From Clostridia bacterium (lineage in GTDB: Bacteria; Bacillota; Clostridia; RGIG7378): DNA of 64,000 nucleotides. The position numbers and the translations under genes are program-made. The stretch lies in NCBI GenBank assembly GCA_017559445.1, contig JAFYSJ010000034.1, positions 270 through 64,269 of the forward strand, in the 5' to 3' direction. Shown one piece after another: positions 10,409 through 21,662 of this stretch. The notes beneath the pieces were generated by a model, which worked only from the letters and a program-made list of their open reading frames with translations, did no database searches and was not told the origin of the DNA. Each line of letters starts with the position of its first letter. The stretch's first letter is position 1.

Positions 10409-10489
10409 TATTTGTTCTATATGTGTGCAAGCACGTGATGTGTCCTACGGACGTGAATTGCACTTCGTGCGTGGAAAATTCCCTATTCC

Positions 10490-10966
10490 TTACTCCACAC
10501 CTGGCAACTTACATACATCTACCCATGCATCGTACTCAGAGCACTGCTCAAGCTCTGCAATAGTAAGTCTAATTGCACTGTTGCTACTGCCACATGCTGG
10601 ATAAACTGCCTCAAATCTCTTAAGAGACTCGTCCAAATATACCTTTACTCCATCCTCTATGCCAAAAGGGCAAACGCCTCCAACAGCGTGTCCGATAAGC
10701 TCAACCACCTGATCTGGAGTAAGCATCTTGGCCTTTGTTGCAAACTGAGCCTTGTACTTAGGATTGTCCACCTTAGCATCTCCTGCTGCAACTACGAGAA
10801 TAGGTGTCTCCCAAACCATAAAGGAGAGGGACTTAGCAATGTGACTTGGTTCGCATCCAATTGCCTGTGCTGCCAACTCAACTGTTGCGCTGGAAACTTC
10901 AAACTCCTGGATTCTGCCTTCTAAACCATACTTTGCTAAATGTGCTCTAGCTCTATCTATTGCCAT
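10490..10966 (-). CDS. ybaK: YbaK/ProX-family aminoacyl-tRNA deacylase (Cys-tRNA(Pro) editing)
   Basis: 158 aa; fold-family similarity (..VVAAGDAKVDNPKYK.., HAVGGVCPFG); GGAGA RBS. Confidence 0.6.
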   Translation of the reverse strand: MAIDRARAHLAKYGLEGRIQEFEVSSATVELAAQAIGCEPSHIAKSLSFMVWETPILVVAAGDAKVDNPKYKAQFATKAKMLTPDQVVELIGHAVGGVCPFGIEDGVKVYLDESLKRFEAVYPACGSSNSAIRLTIAELEQCSEYDAWVDVCKLPGVE

Positions 10967-11039
10967 ATTATCTCCTTTTCTATGAGTAAAAGGGCCCGAA
11001 TTCTCGAGCCCAAATCATCTGTTGATTAAATTTTAAATA

Positions 11040-11315
11040 TTTCACTAGCGCAGCGGCCTACTAGCAACGCAGTTGCGGTTCACTAGGCGTAGCCGGTTCA
11101 CTAGCAAGCTTTGCTTGCGGCTCACTAGCCGAAGGCGGTTCACTAGGCGTAGCCGGTTCACTAGCAAGCTTTGCTTGCGGCTCACTAGCGCAGCGGCCAC
11201 TAGCAACGCAGTTGCGGTTCACTAGGCGTAGCCGGTTCACTAGCGCAAAATCGCTAAAATCAATCTTAGGAACATTTTTCCTGCGTTAAACACTAACCAC
11301 TAAGCACTAAACACT
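11040..11315. repeat. Modular repeat array, locus 1: ~12 (TTCACTAGC + mini-hairpin) modules (11040-11256) followed by inverted AGTGTT-type repeats (11285-11315)
   Basis: seen directly; hairpin types GCAGCGGC, AACGCAGTTGCGG, GCGTAGCCGG, AAGCTTTGCTTGCGG, CGAAGGCGG; a 60-bp segment is duplicated. Confidence 0.85.
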
Positions 11316-11316
11316 A

Positions 11317-11336
11317 CTAAAATTCACTCGTGAATT

Positions 11337-11337
<1 letters not shown>
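11317..11337 (-). terminator. Hairpin (AAAATTCAC-tcg-GTGAATTTT) abutting the groEL stop codon; probable groESL terminator
   Basis: perfect 9-bp stem directly 3' of the groEL stop on the minus strand. Confidence 0.45.
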
Positions 11338-12956
<1,619 letters not shown>

Positions 12957-12973
12957 TTAGCCAATCCTCCTAA

Positions 12974-13261
12974 TTACTCAACAATAGCGAGAATGTCGCC
13001 CTGTCTAATAATAATATATTCTTCGCCGTCCAACTTTACTTCTGTGCCAGCGTACTTAGAGAGGAGAACCTTATCTCCTACTTCAACTTCCATAATAACG
13101 TCCTTGCCATCAACAACTCCGCCAGGACCTACCTCAATAACCTCAGCGATCTGTGGCTTCTCCTTGGAACCGGAAGAAAGAACGATACCGCTCTTAGTTG
13201 TTTCCTCAGGTTCAACCATCTTAACTACAACTCTGTCTGCAAGTGGTCTAATAATCTTCAT
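12974..13261 (-). CDS. groS: Co-chaperonin GroES (10 kDa)
   Basis: 95 aa; MKIIRPLADRVVVK..., mobile loop; immediately upstream of groEL. Confidence 0.97.
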   Translation of the reverse strand: MKIIRPLADRVVVKMVEPEETTKSGIVLSSGSKEKPQIAEVIEVGPGGVVDGKDVIMEVEVGDKVLLSKYAGTEVKLDGEEYIIIRQGDILAIVE

Positions 13262-13279
13262 ATAATGCCTCCTGATACT

Positions 13280-13306
13280 TTAGCACTCTAACTCTTTGAG
13301 TGCTAA
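13280..13306. promoter_or_regulatory. CIRCE operator (HrcA binding site) TTAGCACTC-N9-GAGTGCTAA
   Basis: perfect consensus inverted repeat with 9-nt spacer between the groES promoter and start codon. Confidence 0.95.
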
Positions 13307-13310
13307 TCAT

Positions 13311-13339
13311 ATTTTACATTCCTTATCAATTTATGTTAA
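13311..13339 (-). promoter_or_regulatory. Sigma-A-type promoter of groESL (TTAACA-17-TAAAAT) directly upstream of CIRCE
   Basis: -35/-10 hexamers with 17-nt spacing on the minus strand. Confidence 0.5.
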
Positions 13340-13410
13340 TAGTGACTTTGACGAAATATTACTTCAAAAACACCTTTAATTGAACAATTTCATGATTTTT
13401 TATAATTTTT

Positions 13411-15657
13411 CTATATTTTAGTAAGCTTTGCCATGGAATAAAGCATTCTTTTCATACCAAACTGGTCAAAAGCCACCTCAACCAAGTAGTCGCCATTTTC
13501 TGGTGTGATACCCAAAACTGTGCCGTTACCAAACTTGCGGTGAGTAACCTTGTCTCCTGCGCTAAGTGTGCAAACTCCAGCTTTAACAGGTGCAGGAGCA
13601 ACCTTCTCCAAGGACTTGCGAACATCGCTAGCGCTGGAAATATTAACTCCAAATCCTGCATTTCTAGTCTGACCAAATGGGTTATAAGAATATGCAGTCT
13701 TAGCCTGTGGGGCTGGTGCTGGTCTCTGTTGCTTTTCGGCGAAGAGCTCCTCTGGAATTTCTTTCTCAAAACGGGAAACTCTGTTACTTGTTGTCTTACC
13801 ATACATCATTCGAGAGCTGGCGTTCAAAAGGTAGAGTTGCTCCTTGGCACGAGTGATACCTACATATGCAAGTCTGCGCTCCTCCTCCATTTCGTCGGGG
13901 TCATCCATGGATCTAAGTCCTGGGAAAACACCCTCTTCCATGCCTACCAAGTAAACAACTGGGAACTCAAGACCCTTGGCGCTATGAAGTGTAAGGAGCA
14001 AAACGCTGTCGTCCTTGTCGTCAATTGCGTCGGAGTCAGATGCAAGCTGTGCAGATGCCAAGAACTCCTGAAGTGACTTGTCGTCGATGTCCTCTGCCTC
14101 GGCAAACTGTGTTGCAACGTTAATATATTCCTTGATGTTATCGATGCGACCCTCTGCCTCAATAGTATCCTCTTCTTCCAGAGCTTTAATCAAGCCAGTC
14201 TTCTCAATAACGTAATCCATGAGCTTGTCCACTGGAAGTTCCATAAGCTTTTCGCGGAAATCGTGCATCATCTCGCCGAAAGCCTTAACCTTAAGACCCA
14301 CAGCTCTAAGATCTGACAAAAGTTCTGTGTCAGAAAGAGCCATGAACAAGCTAATGCCGTTCTCCTCGCAGTAGTTCTGCATCTTTTCGATAGTTGTATC
14401 GCCAATGCCTCTTGCAGGCACGTTGATGATTCTACGCAAGCTAACTGTGTCGCCAGGGTTGCTGATAACCTGCAAATATGCTGTTACGTCCTTGATTTCC
14501 TTACGCTTGTAGAAGCTTGTGGCTCCAACCAATTTGTATGGAATTCTAGCTCTGTTGAACTCTTCTTCGAACACACGGGACTGGGCGTTAGTTCTGTACA
14601 TAACAGCGAAATCCTTGTACTGGCGGCCCTTTTCCATCTGTTCCTTGATGTTCTTAACAACGAACTTTGGCTCCTGGTAACCATCGTCAACGCAAACGCG
14701 GTGAAGCAAATCACCCTTGCCCTTGTCTGTCCAAAGTGCCTTGTCCTTACGGCCAGAGTTGCGCTTAATAACTGCGTTAGCTGCATCCAAAATGTTAGAT
14801 GTGGAACGATAGTTCTGCTCCAATTTAATTGTAATTGTGTCTTTGAACTGTTTCTCAAAATCCAAAATGTTGGAAATATCTGCTCCTCTCCAACCATAGA
14901 TAGACTGGTCGTCGTCACCTACTACACAAAGGTTGTTGTGGTAGCTAGACAAATATGTAACCAAAATGTACTGAGCATTGTTTGTGTCCTGGTACTCGTC
15001 AACCATGACGTACTTAAATCTGCGGCTCCACTTCTGTCTAGTGTCAGGGAACTCCTTGAAAATCTTAACAGTGAGCATGATGAGATCGTCGAAGTCAAGG
15101 GCATTGTACTCCTTAAGCTTCTTCTGATACAAAGCGTATGCTCTAGAGAAAGCAATGGCCTGGAAACCATCCTTGTTAAGCTGTGCAAACTCCTCAGGTG
15201 ACTGAAGCTTATTCTTAGCCTTAGAAACAATGTCCAAAAGTCCCTTAGGAGGGTACTGCTTATCGTTAAGGTTAAGCTCAGAAACAACCTGCTTCATAAC
15301 CTTGAGCTGGTCGTCTGTATCATAAATAACAAAGTTAGACTGGTAATCCAAAAGACCAATCTCCTGGCGCAAAATGCGGAGACACAGGGAGTGGAAAGTC
15401 ATGGCCCAAACAGCGTTGCCCTCGTCGCCAATCATGTTAACAATACGGTCCTTAAGCTCCTTAGCCGCCTTGTTAGTGAAAGTAATTGTCAAAATATTCT
15501 GAGGAGCAGCCAAGTACTCATCCAAAATATATGCACAACGGCATACCAAAACCCTGGTCTTACCAGAACCAGCGCCAGCTAAAAGCAATAAGTGTCCATC
15601 TGTATTTATAACAGCCTCTCTCTGGGGGCCGTTAAGTGTGCTCAAATAATCCTGCAT
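13411..15657 (-). CDS. pcrA: ATP-dependent DNA helicase PcrA/UvrD family
   Basis: Walker A AGAGSGKT, TFTNKAAKEL, UvrD motifs; ORF track starts at 15777 but MWMQDYL ATG at 15657 has a GGAGA RBS and matches helicase N-termini. Confidence 0.9.
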   Translation of the reverse strand: MQDYLSTLNGPQREAVINTDGHLLLLAGAGSGKTRVLVCRCAYILDEYLAAPQNILTITFTNKAAKELKDRIVNMIGDEGNAVWAMTFHSLCLRILRQEIGLLDYQSNFVIYDTDDQLKVMKQVVSELNLNDKQYPPKGLLDIVSKAKNKLQSPEEFAQLNKDGFQAIAFSRAYALYQKKLKEYNALDFDDLIMLTVKIFKEFPDTRQKWSRRFKYVMVDEYQDTNNAQYILVTYLSSYHNNLCVVGDDDQSIYGWRGADISNILDFEKQFKDTITIKLEQNYRSTSNILDAANAVIKRNSGRKDKALWTDKGKGDLLHRVCVDDGYQEPKFVVKNIKEQMEKGRQYKDFAVMYRTNAQSRVFEEEFNRARIPYKLVGATSFYKRKEIKDVTAYLQVISNPGDTVSLRRIINVPARGIGDTTIEKMQNYCEENGISLFMALSDTELLSDLRAVGLKVKAFGEMMHDFREKLMELPVDKLMDYVIEKTGLIKALEEEDTIEAEGRIDNIKEYINVATQFAEAEDIDDKSLQEFLASAQLASDSDAIDDKDDSVLLLTLHSAKGLEFPVVYLVGMEEGVFPGLRSMDDPDEMEEERRLAYVGITRAKEQLYLLNASSRMMYGKTTSNRVSRFEKEIPEELFAEKQQRPAPAPQAKTAYSYNPFGQTRNAGFGVNISSASDVRKSLEKVAPAPVKAGVCTLSAGDKVTHRKFGNGTVLGITPENGDYLVEVAFDQFGMKRMLYSMAKLTKI

Positions 15658-15749
15658 CCACATTCTCCTATATATAAGAGGAAACCTCGAAATTACGTCT
15701 GCACAGTATACCACATAGAGCGTCCATTGTGGAGTAAAAAAGATAATTT

Positions 15750-15784
15750 TATGGCAAAACAAAAGGGATGTTTCCATCCCTTTG
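15750..15784 (-). terminator. Intrinsic terminator (AAGGGATG-tttc-CATCCCTT + U-run on minus) after the 984-aa gene
   Basis: hairpin followed by TTTTGTTTTG on the minus strand. Confidence 0.6.
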
Positions 15785-15801
15785 AATTTATGTTTTAATC
15801 C

Positions 15802-18756
15802 TTACTTCTTAAACTTTGAAATCAATGCCATAAGGTCAGCAACGCTCTTTTTCTTAAGAACAAACCAAACAACTGCGAAACCGCCCGCTCCAAGCACAAC
15901 CGCTCCGCCAATGCATCCAGCCACTATGCCTACAACCGCTCCTGCCTCTAAGCTATCATTATCCTCTCCTATAGAAAGGTCTCTACCACAAACATCACAT
16001 TCTTTATCCCCATCAGTATCCTCGTGGCTAGCCTTGTCATATACATGCTCTTCGCAATCTGCACAGTCGTGCCAGTGGTAGTTCTTGTTCTTTCTCCACT
16101 TTGTCTTTGCTGTGTGCTGAACAGGAGTTACATCTATAGTATCATCTGAAGAATTATTGCTGCCAATGTAGTATGCGCAGACACTGCAGTACTCATATTC
16201 AGTATCGTGAGGCACAACGGAACTCTCATCCTTTGCTCCACAACGACAGATATACCAGTGAGTTGTATCGTCGTTTCTAACAACCTCGTATGTGTGCTCT
16301 ACCTCGCGAATAAAACCACAATTATCGCAATCGGCATCGCATTCGTTAGAGTTATCGTATACGTGACCATTTGCGTGAATCTTGCCATTTGCGTCGATAC
16401 AAAGACCAGATGCATCTTCAATAACTATTGTTCCATCCACTGCTTCAGAAACATTACCAAAGGCGTACAAATTTGTGTTAATGGAATCAGTCTTCAAATA
16501 GGAGCAATCCTTAACCTCGCCACGTCCCCAAATGGATTCGCTATAGCCTGCGATTCCACCAACCATGGTATTACCTGATACATTACCAAGGTTAATATTA
16601 CCTTCGAGTCTGATAAATCTCATCCATCCGACAATACCACCTACATACTCAACACCAGTTACGCAACCAGAATTATTTCCAACGATGCTACCACGATTGC
16701 TGTCGTTGTCCGAAAATCCAATCAAACCACCAACGTACTTTTCGCCTGCGATGTCACCATAGTTATTACCAGATGTCCAGCTATCTCCTGCACCTAAGCC
16801 GCAAACACCACCAACATAATCCTTACCTGTTACGTTACCGTAGTTATCACACTTGCTAGGGTTATAAAGCTCACTGCATCCTCCAGCAATACCACCTACG
16901 TAGTTACCTGTGGAGAAAACATTACCGTTGTTCACACATTCTGTAATATCCCAATGTGTGATATATCCAGCGATACCACCTACATAGTTGCCTTTACCAA
17001 AAACATCTCCATTGTTAACGGACTTTTCTACACTGCCAGCTACACTAGATACAATGCCTCCAACATAGTCCACGCCAACAACTGCACCTTCGAAAGTGCA
17101 ACCATAAATGGTGTGTGAGTTAAGTCCAATACAAATACCAGCTGCAGATCCAGCTGTAGATCTAACATATGCATTCTTAATGCTGATGTTCTTTACGTCT
17201 GTACCCAAATTACATATAAATGCCACATTCTCAGCAGAGTCCATGTAAAGTCCATAAATGGTAAATCCATTACCGTCCAAAATACCATTCAATCCAGAAA
17301 TAGCCTTCCACTTATTCAAAGAGGATGTATCTACTGTAATGTTACCCATTGCATCGTATGTAAGGGCAACTTCGTTAAGAATAATGTCATTAGCCAACAT
17401 GTAGTTGTAGTCCACCCACTCACCACTTAAGTTGGACAAAAAAGCAAGCTCAGAAGCGTTGTAAATCATGTAGTAATAAACGCCGTCTACATTAACAAGT
17501 ACTGTTGGCTCCTTAGCAGATCCATCCCAAGGACCTTCCTGAGCAGGAGGTGTTATTCCCTCTTCTCCTGCAACGTTTCCAAACTCAGTCAAATTGGTGT
17601 TAATTGTGTCATTTTTGTCAAAGGAGCAATTTTCCACGGCACCTCTTCCCCAGATGGAATCACTAAAACCAGCAAGTCCACCTACCATGGTTGTACCAAC
17701 AACGTTACCTGAATTGTGGCAATTTGAAAGGGTAATAAATCTCATCCATCCAACAATACCACCTACGTATTCAATACCAGTTACGCTACCAGAGTTGTTT
17801 CCAACGATGCTACCACGATTGCTGTCGTTGTCCGAAAATCCAATCAAACCACCAACGTACTTTTCGCCTGCAATATCACCATAGTTATTACCAGATGTCC
17901 AGCTATCTCCTGCTCCCAAACCGCAAATACCGCCTACGTAATCCTTACCAATTACGCTACCGTAGTTATCACATTTACTGGGGTTATAAAGTTCACTGCA
18001 ACCTCCAGCAATGCCTCCTACGTAGTTACCTGTGGAGAAAACATTACCGTTGTTCACACATTCTGTAATATCCCAATGTGTGATATATCCAGCGATACCA
18101 CCTACATAGTTGCCTTTACCAAAAACATCTCCATTGTTAACGGACTTTTCCACACTGCCAGCTACACTAGATACAATGCCTCCAACATAGTCCACGCCAA
18201 CAACTGCACCTTCGAAAGTGCAACCATAAACAGTATGTGAGTTAAGTCCAATACAAATACCAGCTGCAGATCCTGCTGTAGATCTAACATATGCATTCTT
18301 AATGCTGATGTTTCTTACATCTGTGCCCAAATTACAGATAAATGAAGCATTTTCTGCAGAGTCCATGTAAAGACCGCAGATGTTAAAACCGTTGCCGTCC
18401 AAAATACCCTTTAATCCAGAAATAGCCTTCCACTTATTCAAGGAAGAAGTATCTACTGTAATGTTACCCATTGCATCATATGTAAGGGCAACTTCGTTCA
18501 GCACAATATCATTAACCAAAATATAGTTATACTCGAGCCACTCTCCGGATGCCTGCGCCAAGTAAGCCAGCTCCTCAGCTGTAGAAATCTCATAATAGTA
18601 AACGCCCTCCACAGATCTAATTACTGTAGGCTGAGTAACTGTCTTGCCATCCCATACCTTAACTTCGTCTGCATATGCATTCTGAGCGTTAAAGCCAACT
18701 GTAACTGCAAGCAAAAGTACAGCAATTACCATCAAAAAGGTTTTAATTTGTTTCAT
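15802..18756 (-). CDS. Large cell-surface protein: signal peptide, two near-identical ~370-aa halves each with GLUG-like repeats, C-terminal Cys/His module, C-terminal TM anchor
   Basis: 984 aa; AGGAGA RBS; signal MKQIKTFLMVIAVLLLAVTVGFNAQNAYA; internal duplication; HWYICRCG...CSVC...CADCEEH...CDVCG; C-terminal hydrophobic helix + KKK. Confidence 0.85.
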   Translation of the reverse strand: MKQIKTFLMVIAVLLLAVTVGFNAQNAYADEVKVWDGKTVTQPTVIRSVEGVYYYEISTAEELAYLAQASGEWLEYNYILVNDIVLNEVALTYDAMGNITVDTSSLNKWKAISGLKGILDGNGFNICGLYMDSAENASFICNLGTDVRNISIKNAYVRSTAGSAAGICIGLNSHTVYGCTFEGAVVGVDYVGGIVSSVAGSVEKSVNNGDVFGKGNYVGGIAGYITHWDITECVNNGNVFSTGNYVGGIAGGCSELYNPSKCDNYGSVIGKDYVGGICGLGAGDSWTSGNNYGDIAGEKYVGGLIGFSDNDSNRGSIVGNNSGSVTGIEYVGGIVGWMRFITLSNCHNSGNVVGTTMVGGLAGFSDSIWGRGAVENCSFDKNDTINTNLTEFGNVAGEEGITPPAQEGPWDGSAKEPTVLVNVDGVYYYMIYNASELAFLSNLSGEWVDYNYMLANDIILNEVALTYDAMGNITVDTSSLNKWKAISGLNGILDGNGFTIYGLYMDSAENVAFICNLGTDVKNISIKNAYVRSTAGSAAGICIGLNSHTIYGCTFEGAVVGVDYVGGIVSSVAGSVEKSVNNGDVFGKGNYVGGIAGYITHWDITECVNNGNVFSTGNYVGGIAGGCSELYNPSKCDNYGNVTGKDYVGGVCGLGAGDSWTSGNNYGDIAGEKYVGGLIGFSDNDSNRGSIVGNNSGCVTGVEYVGGIVGWMRFIRLEGNINLGNVSGNTMVGGIAGYSESIWGRGEVKDCSYLKTDSINTNLYAFGNVSEAVDGTIVIEDASGLCIDANGKIHANGHVYDNSNECDADCDNCGFIREVEHTYEVVRNDDTTHWYICRCGAKDESSVVPHDTEYEYCSVCAYYIGSNNSSDDTIDVTPVQHTAKTKWRKNKNYHWHDCADCEEHVYDKASHEDTDGDKECDVCGRDLSIGEDNDSLEAGAVVGIVAGCIGGAVVLGAGGFAVVWFVLKKKSVADLMALISKFKK
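16430..18700. repeat. Intragenic tandem duplication: two ~1.1 kb segments (about 16430-17560 and 17600-18700) nearly identical at nucleotide level
   Basis: identical peptide stretches in both halves; the spurious antisense ORFs 16565-16762 and 17594-17884 share the same translated sequence. Confidence 0.8.
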
Positions 18757-18859
18757 AAGATTCTCCTAATCCGAAGATTTATTTTTCGACAAAAATTAGT
18801 GTTCTTGTTATTGTGGCATAAGGCCCAAAATTTATCAACGCAAAAACGTATATTCTTAT

Positions 18860-18892
18860 TTGCAAAACAAAAGAGGCCCATTGGACCTCTTT
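18860..18892 (-). terminator. Intrinsic terminator after hpf (AAGAGGCCCATTGGACCTCTT hairpin + U-run on minus)
   Basis: hairpin plus T-tract. Confidence 0.55.
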
Positions 18893-19017
18893 CATTATTG
18901 GATCAGTTTACACACCGAGTGATCTACTCGGGGTTATTCAATTGTAAAATTTGTTGTTATAGGTTGTATGTGTGAGTTATCTCACGGGTGTTTTCTGATT
19001 CTTACCTTTGGCCCCTC

Positions 19018-19542
19018 CTAAAAAGCCGGTTCAATCAATCCATAGCCTCCATCTTTCCTATGATATACAACACATACTGAAGAAGTATCGATGTTGTAGA
19101 AAACATAAAAATCATGTCCTACCAGGTTCATCTGGAGTACTGCCTCCTCAGGAGACATGGGCTTCAAAGTTACCTGCTTAATTCTCATGATGGAGATATC
19201 TTCCTCCACCACATCGCCCTCATATTCTGCCAAAACTGGAGTGCCAGCAGACTTAAACTTGTTCTCAAGCTTAGTCTTATGTTTGCGAAGCTGTCTCTCA
19301 AGAGCCTCACAGCACTGATCAATGGCGGTTAGGGCTTCAGCATCACTCTTCTCTGCCCTGAGCACCAGGTTTCCGCTGGTAATTGTAACTTCAGCCGTGA
19401 CATCAACACGGCCCTTCTTAATTGTGACAGTAGCCTCAGCGGGTGTTCTAAAGAACTTATCGTACTTGCCCAATCTCTTCTCGATCTTCTCACGATCGAT
19501 TTGATAAACGCGGTAGTCTTTCTCTCTGTACGTAACTGTCAT
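19018..19542 (-). CDS. hpf: Ribosome hibernation-promoting factor, long form (HPF/RaiA family)
   Basis: 174 aa; N-terminal sigma-54-modulation/RaiA fold and C-terminal dimerisation domain (..LVGHDFYVFYN..). Confidence 0.85.
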   Translation of the reverse strand: MTVTYREKDYRVYQIDREKIEKRLGKYDKFFRTPAEATVTIKKGRVDVTAEVTITSGNLVLRAEKSDAEALTAIDQCCEALERQLRKHKTKLENKFKSAGTPVLAEYEGDVVEEDISIMRIKQVTLKPMSPEEAVLQMNLVGHDFYVFYNIDTSSVCVVYHRKDGGYGLIEPAF

Positions 19543-19885
19543 ACCAGTGTCCTCCTTAGATTCAGTTGTGTAGAATAGACAAGAAATTTAGAACTCCTCG
19601 CCTTTTCTTTGTCTATATTTTACTATAAAAATACGCTATGTGCAAGAATTTTGTGTTAAATATTCCTAACTTTTTGTTTGTTCACGAAACATATTCACTG
19701 CAATCACATAAAATACACGAAGCCTGAGATACATCTTCGTTGTGAAATGTCCTCCGGACTTTTAATACACGCAGTGCATTAAAAGTCATTAGAAATTAAA
19801 CGTGAGCGTAGCGAATATTTTCTTGCCATATTTCCCTTACTAGTGTAAACTCTTGTGGTGCAATTTCCTAAGAAAGGATATATAT

Positions 19886-21622
19886 ATGAGACTAAATTCT
19901 AAACATATAGCAATTTTGCTTTTTGTTTTGACATTTATAATGATTTTCACAGCATGTTCTGGAGATAAGACAAGTGATACACCAGTTACCACTCCCTTTT
20001 TTACAATGTCTTCTACTCCAACTGCTGCTACAACTCCCACATTTACACCTACTGTGACTCCAACAATTGAGCCAACTGAGGAGCCTACACCGGACGTTAC
20101 AGAAGGTACCGGAGATGTGACTGAGGGTACACAGGACGTAACTGAGGAAACAACCGGCGAAGTTACACCTACTCCAGTCCCAACACCTACACCATACGCA
20201 GGACCTACTCCTACTCCAGTGCCAAACGCACAGGCCACAGCAAAGCCTGCTGGCAAGCCAGGTTCTTCTTACTCAAACGTAGGTGATATTTACTACTACA
20301 ATTTCAATCTTAAGGATACAAACCTTTTCTCTTTCAACCTGAAGTATGACAAGTACGCAATGTACTCAGATTACATCGTTTTCGAAAAGAATAACGTTAA
20401 TGTATACGATTCCGTAAACGGATCTAAGCTTATGACAGGTATCCAGAACGAAAAGTATCCTTTGGTTCTTAGAGTTGTAGATGACAACGGCACTGTTTGG
20501 TTTGGTTTCTACCTTGGTGACGATTACCCAACAACTACACCAAATTCTGCTGCATCCAATGGAACAACAGATGATTTGGGCGAGGTTACACCTACTCCTA
20601 CTGTAACAGAGACACCATCTCCTGTTCCAACAGAGGTCCCTACAGCTAAGCCAACAGCAACACCAGAGGCTACAGTTACTCCTGAGGCAACACCAGAAGC
20701 TACAGCAACTCCTGAAGCAACTGCTACTCCAGAGGCTACTGCAACTCCTACACCTGAACCAACTGCTACTCCCTATCCTTACGATAACCCATACAATGTG
20801 GACACATCTAAAGTAGCATTTGTTAAGGCATCCGATGTTTTGCAGAGATACGTCAACTACGACGAAATGTACTATCAGGTGAATGCCCTTAAGAATAACC
20901 TTTCTGGTAAGAAGCTTGTTCGCGTAAGCAACTACCGCAACGTGAACGGATGGGCTCCTAAGCACAACGGATCTGTATACGATGCATATGGCGTATACTA
21001 CACACAGTGCTGTGCAGCATATTACAAGCCAAGCACATCTGCTGACTTCCGTTACTTCATGGATGGCGAGTTCCTCATTTACCTTTACGATGCAGGTAAC
21101 GGCTTCACTGCTGTTTCCCACCCTAAGTTCGGTGGCACATATTTTGTTAAGAGTTATTTGTTAGTAGACACAGCAACAACTGCTACAAGATATATCCTCA
21201 TTGACTTGGAAAACCAGAATCAGTCAGCCATTGAATACAAAAATGGCAAGTGGGAAGTTGTTGGCGTAAGCTATTGTGCAACTGGTGCAAACACACAGTA
21301 TAAGCTTCCAACAGAGCGCGGTTGGTTCAAGCTCCTTGCTGAAGAATACACTATGCTCTACTATTTCGATGGTGACTCCAGCAGATTCCAGGGATACGCA
21401 AGATATGCTCTTAGATTCAGTGGTGGTACATATGTACATGGAGTTCCAACTGACTACATTTATCACGCAGATGGTTCCTACTCCACACCAGCACCTATTG
21501 AGTATGGTTCATACATTGGTGTAATACCTACATCTCACAAGTGTGTTAACAGTTACACAAGCTACGTAAAGTTTTTGTACGACTGGGCTGAATTAAACAA
21601 CACAGTAATTATTGTTTACTAA
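19886..21622 (+). CDS. Lipoprotein with Pro/Thr-rich linkers and a C-terminal L,D-transpeptidase (YkuD)-like domain
   Basis: ATG at 19886 with AAGGA RBS; lipobox FTAC-S; (ATATPEATATPE) repeats; C-terminal ..YVHGVPT...IPTSHKCVNSY.. resembles the HG...SxGC(I/V)R motif. Confidence 0.6.
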   Translation: MRLNSKHIAILLFVLTFIMIFTACSGDKTSDTPVTTPFFTMSSTPTAATTPTFTPTVTPTIEPTEEPTPDVTEGTGDVTEGTQDVTEETTGEVTPTPVPTPTPYAGPTPTPVPNAQATAKPAGKPGSSYSNVGDIYYYNFNLKDTNLFSFNLKYDKYAMYSDYIVFEKNNVNVYDSVNGSKLMTGIQNEKYPLVLRVVDDNGTVWFGFYLGDDYPTTTPNSAASNGTTDDLGEVTPTPTVTETPSPVPTEVPTAKPTATPEATVTPEATPEATATPEATATPEATATPTPEPTATPYPYDNPYNVDTSKVAFVKASDVLQRYVNYDEMYYQVNALKNNLSGKKLVRVSNYRNVNGWAPKHNGSVYDAYGVYYTQCCAAYYKPSTSADFRYFMDGEFLIYLYDAGNGFTAVSHPKFGGTYFVKSYLLVDTATTATRYILIDLENQNQSAIEYKNGKWEVVGVSYCATGANTQYKLPTERGWFKLLAEEYTMLYYFDGDSSRFQGYARYALRFSGGTYVHGVPTDYIYHADGSYSTPAPIEYGSYIGVIPTSHKCVNSYTSYVKFLYDWAELNNTVIIVY

Positions 21623-21625
21623 ATG

Positions 21626-21662
21626 AAAAAAGCGAATTGGAAATTCCAGTTCGCTTTTTTTG
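21626..21662 (+). terminator. Rho-independent terminator (GCGAATTGGAAATTCCAGTTCGC + T7)
   Basis: strong hairpin followed by TTTTTTT. Confidence 0.8.

Noticed and set aside
10409-10489. Inverted CACGTG-containing segment with a GTCC-TAC-GGAC mini-hairpin downstream of ybaK
   Set aside because: Only one partial module and no TTCACTAGC motif; probably an ordinary weak terminator, not a member of the modular family.
11040-11256. CRISPR-array interpretation of the CACTAGC repeats
   Set aside because: The repeat unit is only 8-9 nt and the 'spacers' are 8-16 nt. The spacers are themselves palindromic and reused within and between loci. There are no cas genes and no leader with the typical repeat length of 24-48 nt.
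15658-15777. N-terminal 40-codon extension of pcrA in the ORF track (METSLLFCHKIIFF..)
   Set aside because: No RBS; hydrophobic nonsense; a downstream ATG with GGAGA RBS matches PcrA N-termini, so the CDS was shortened.
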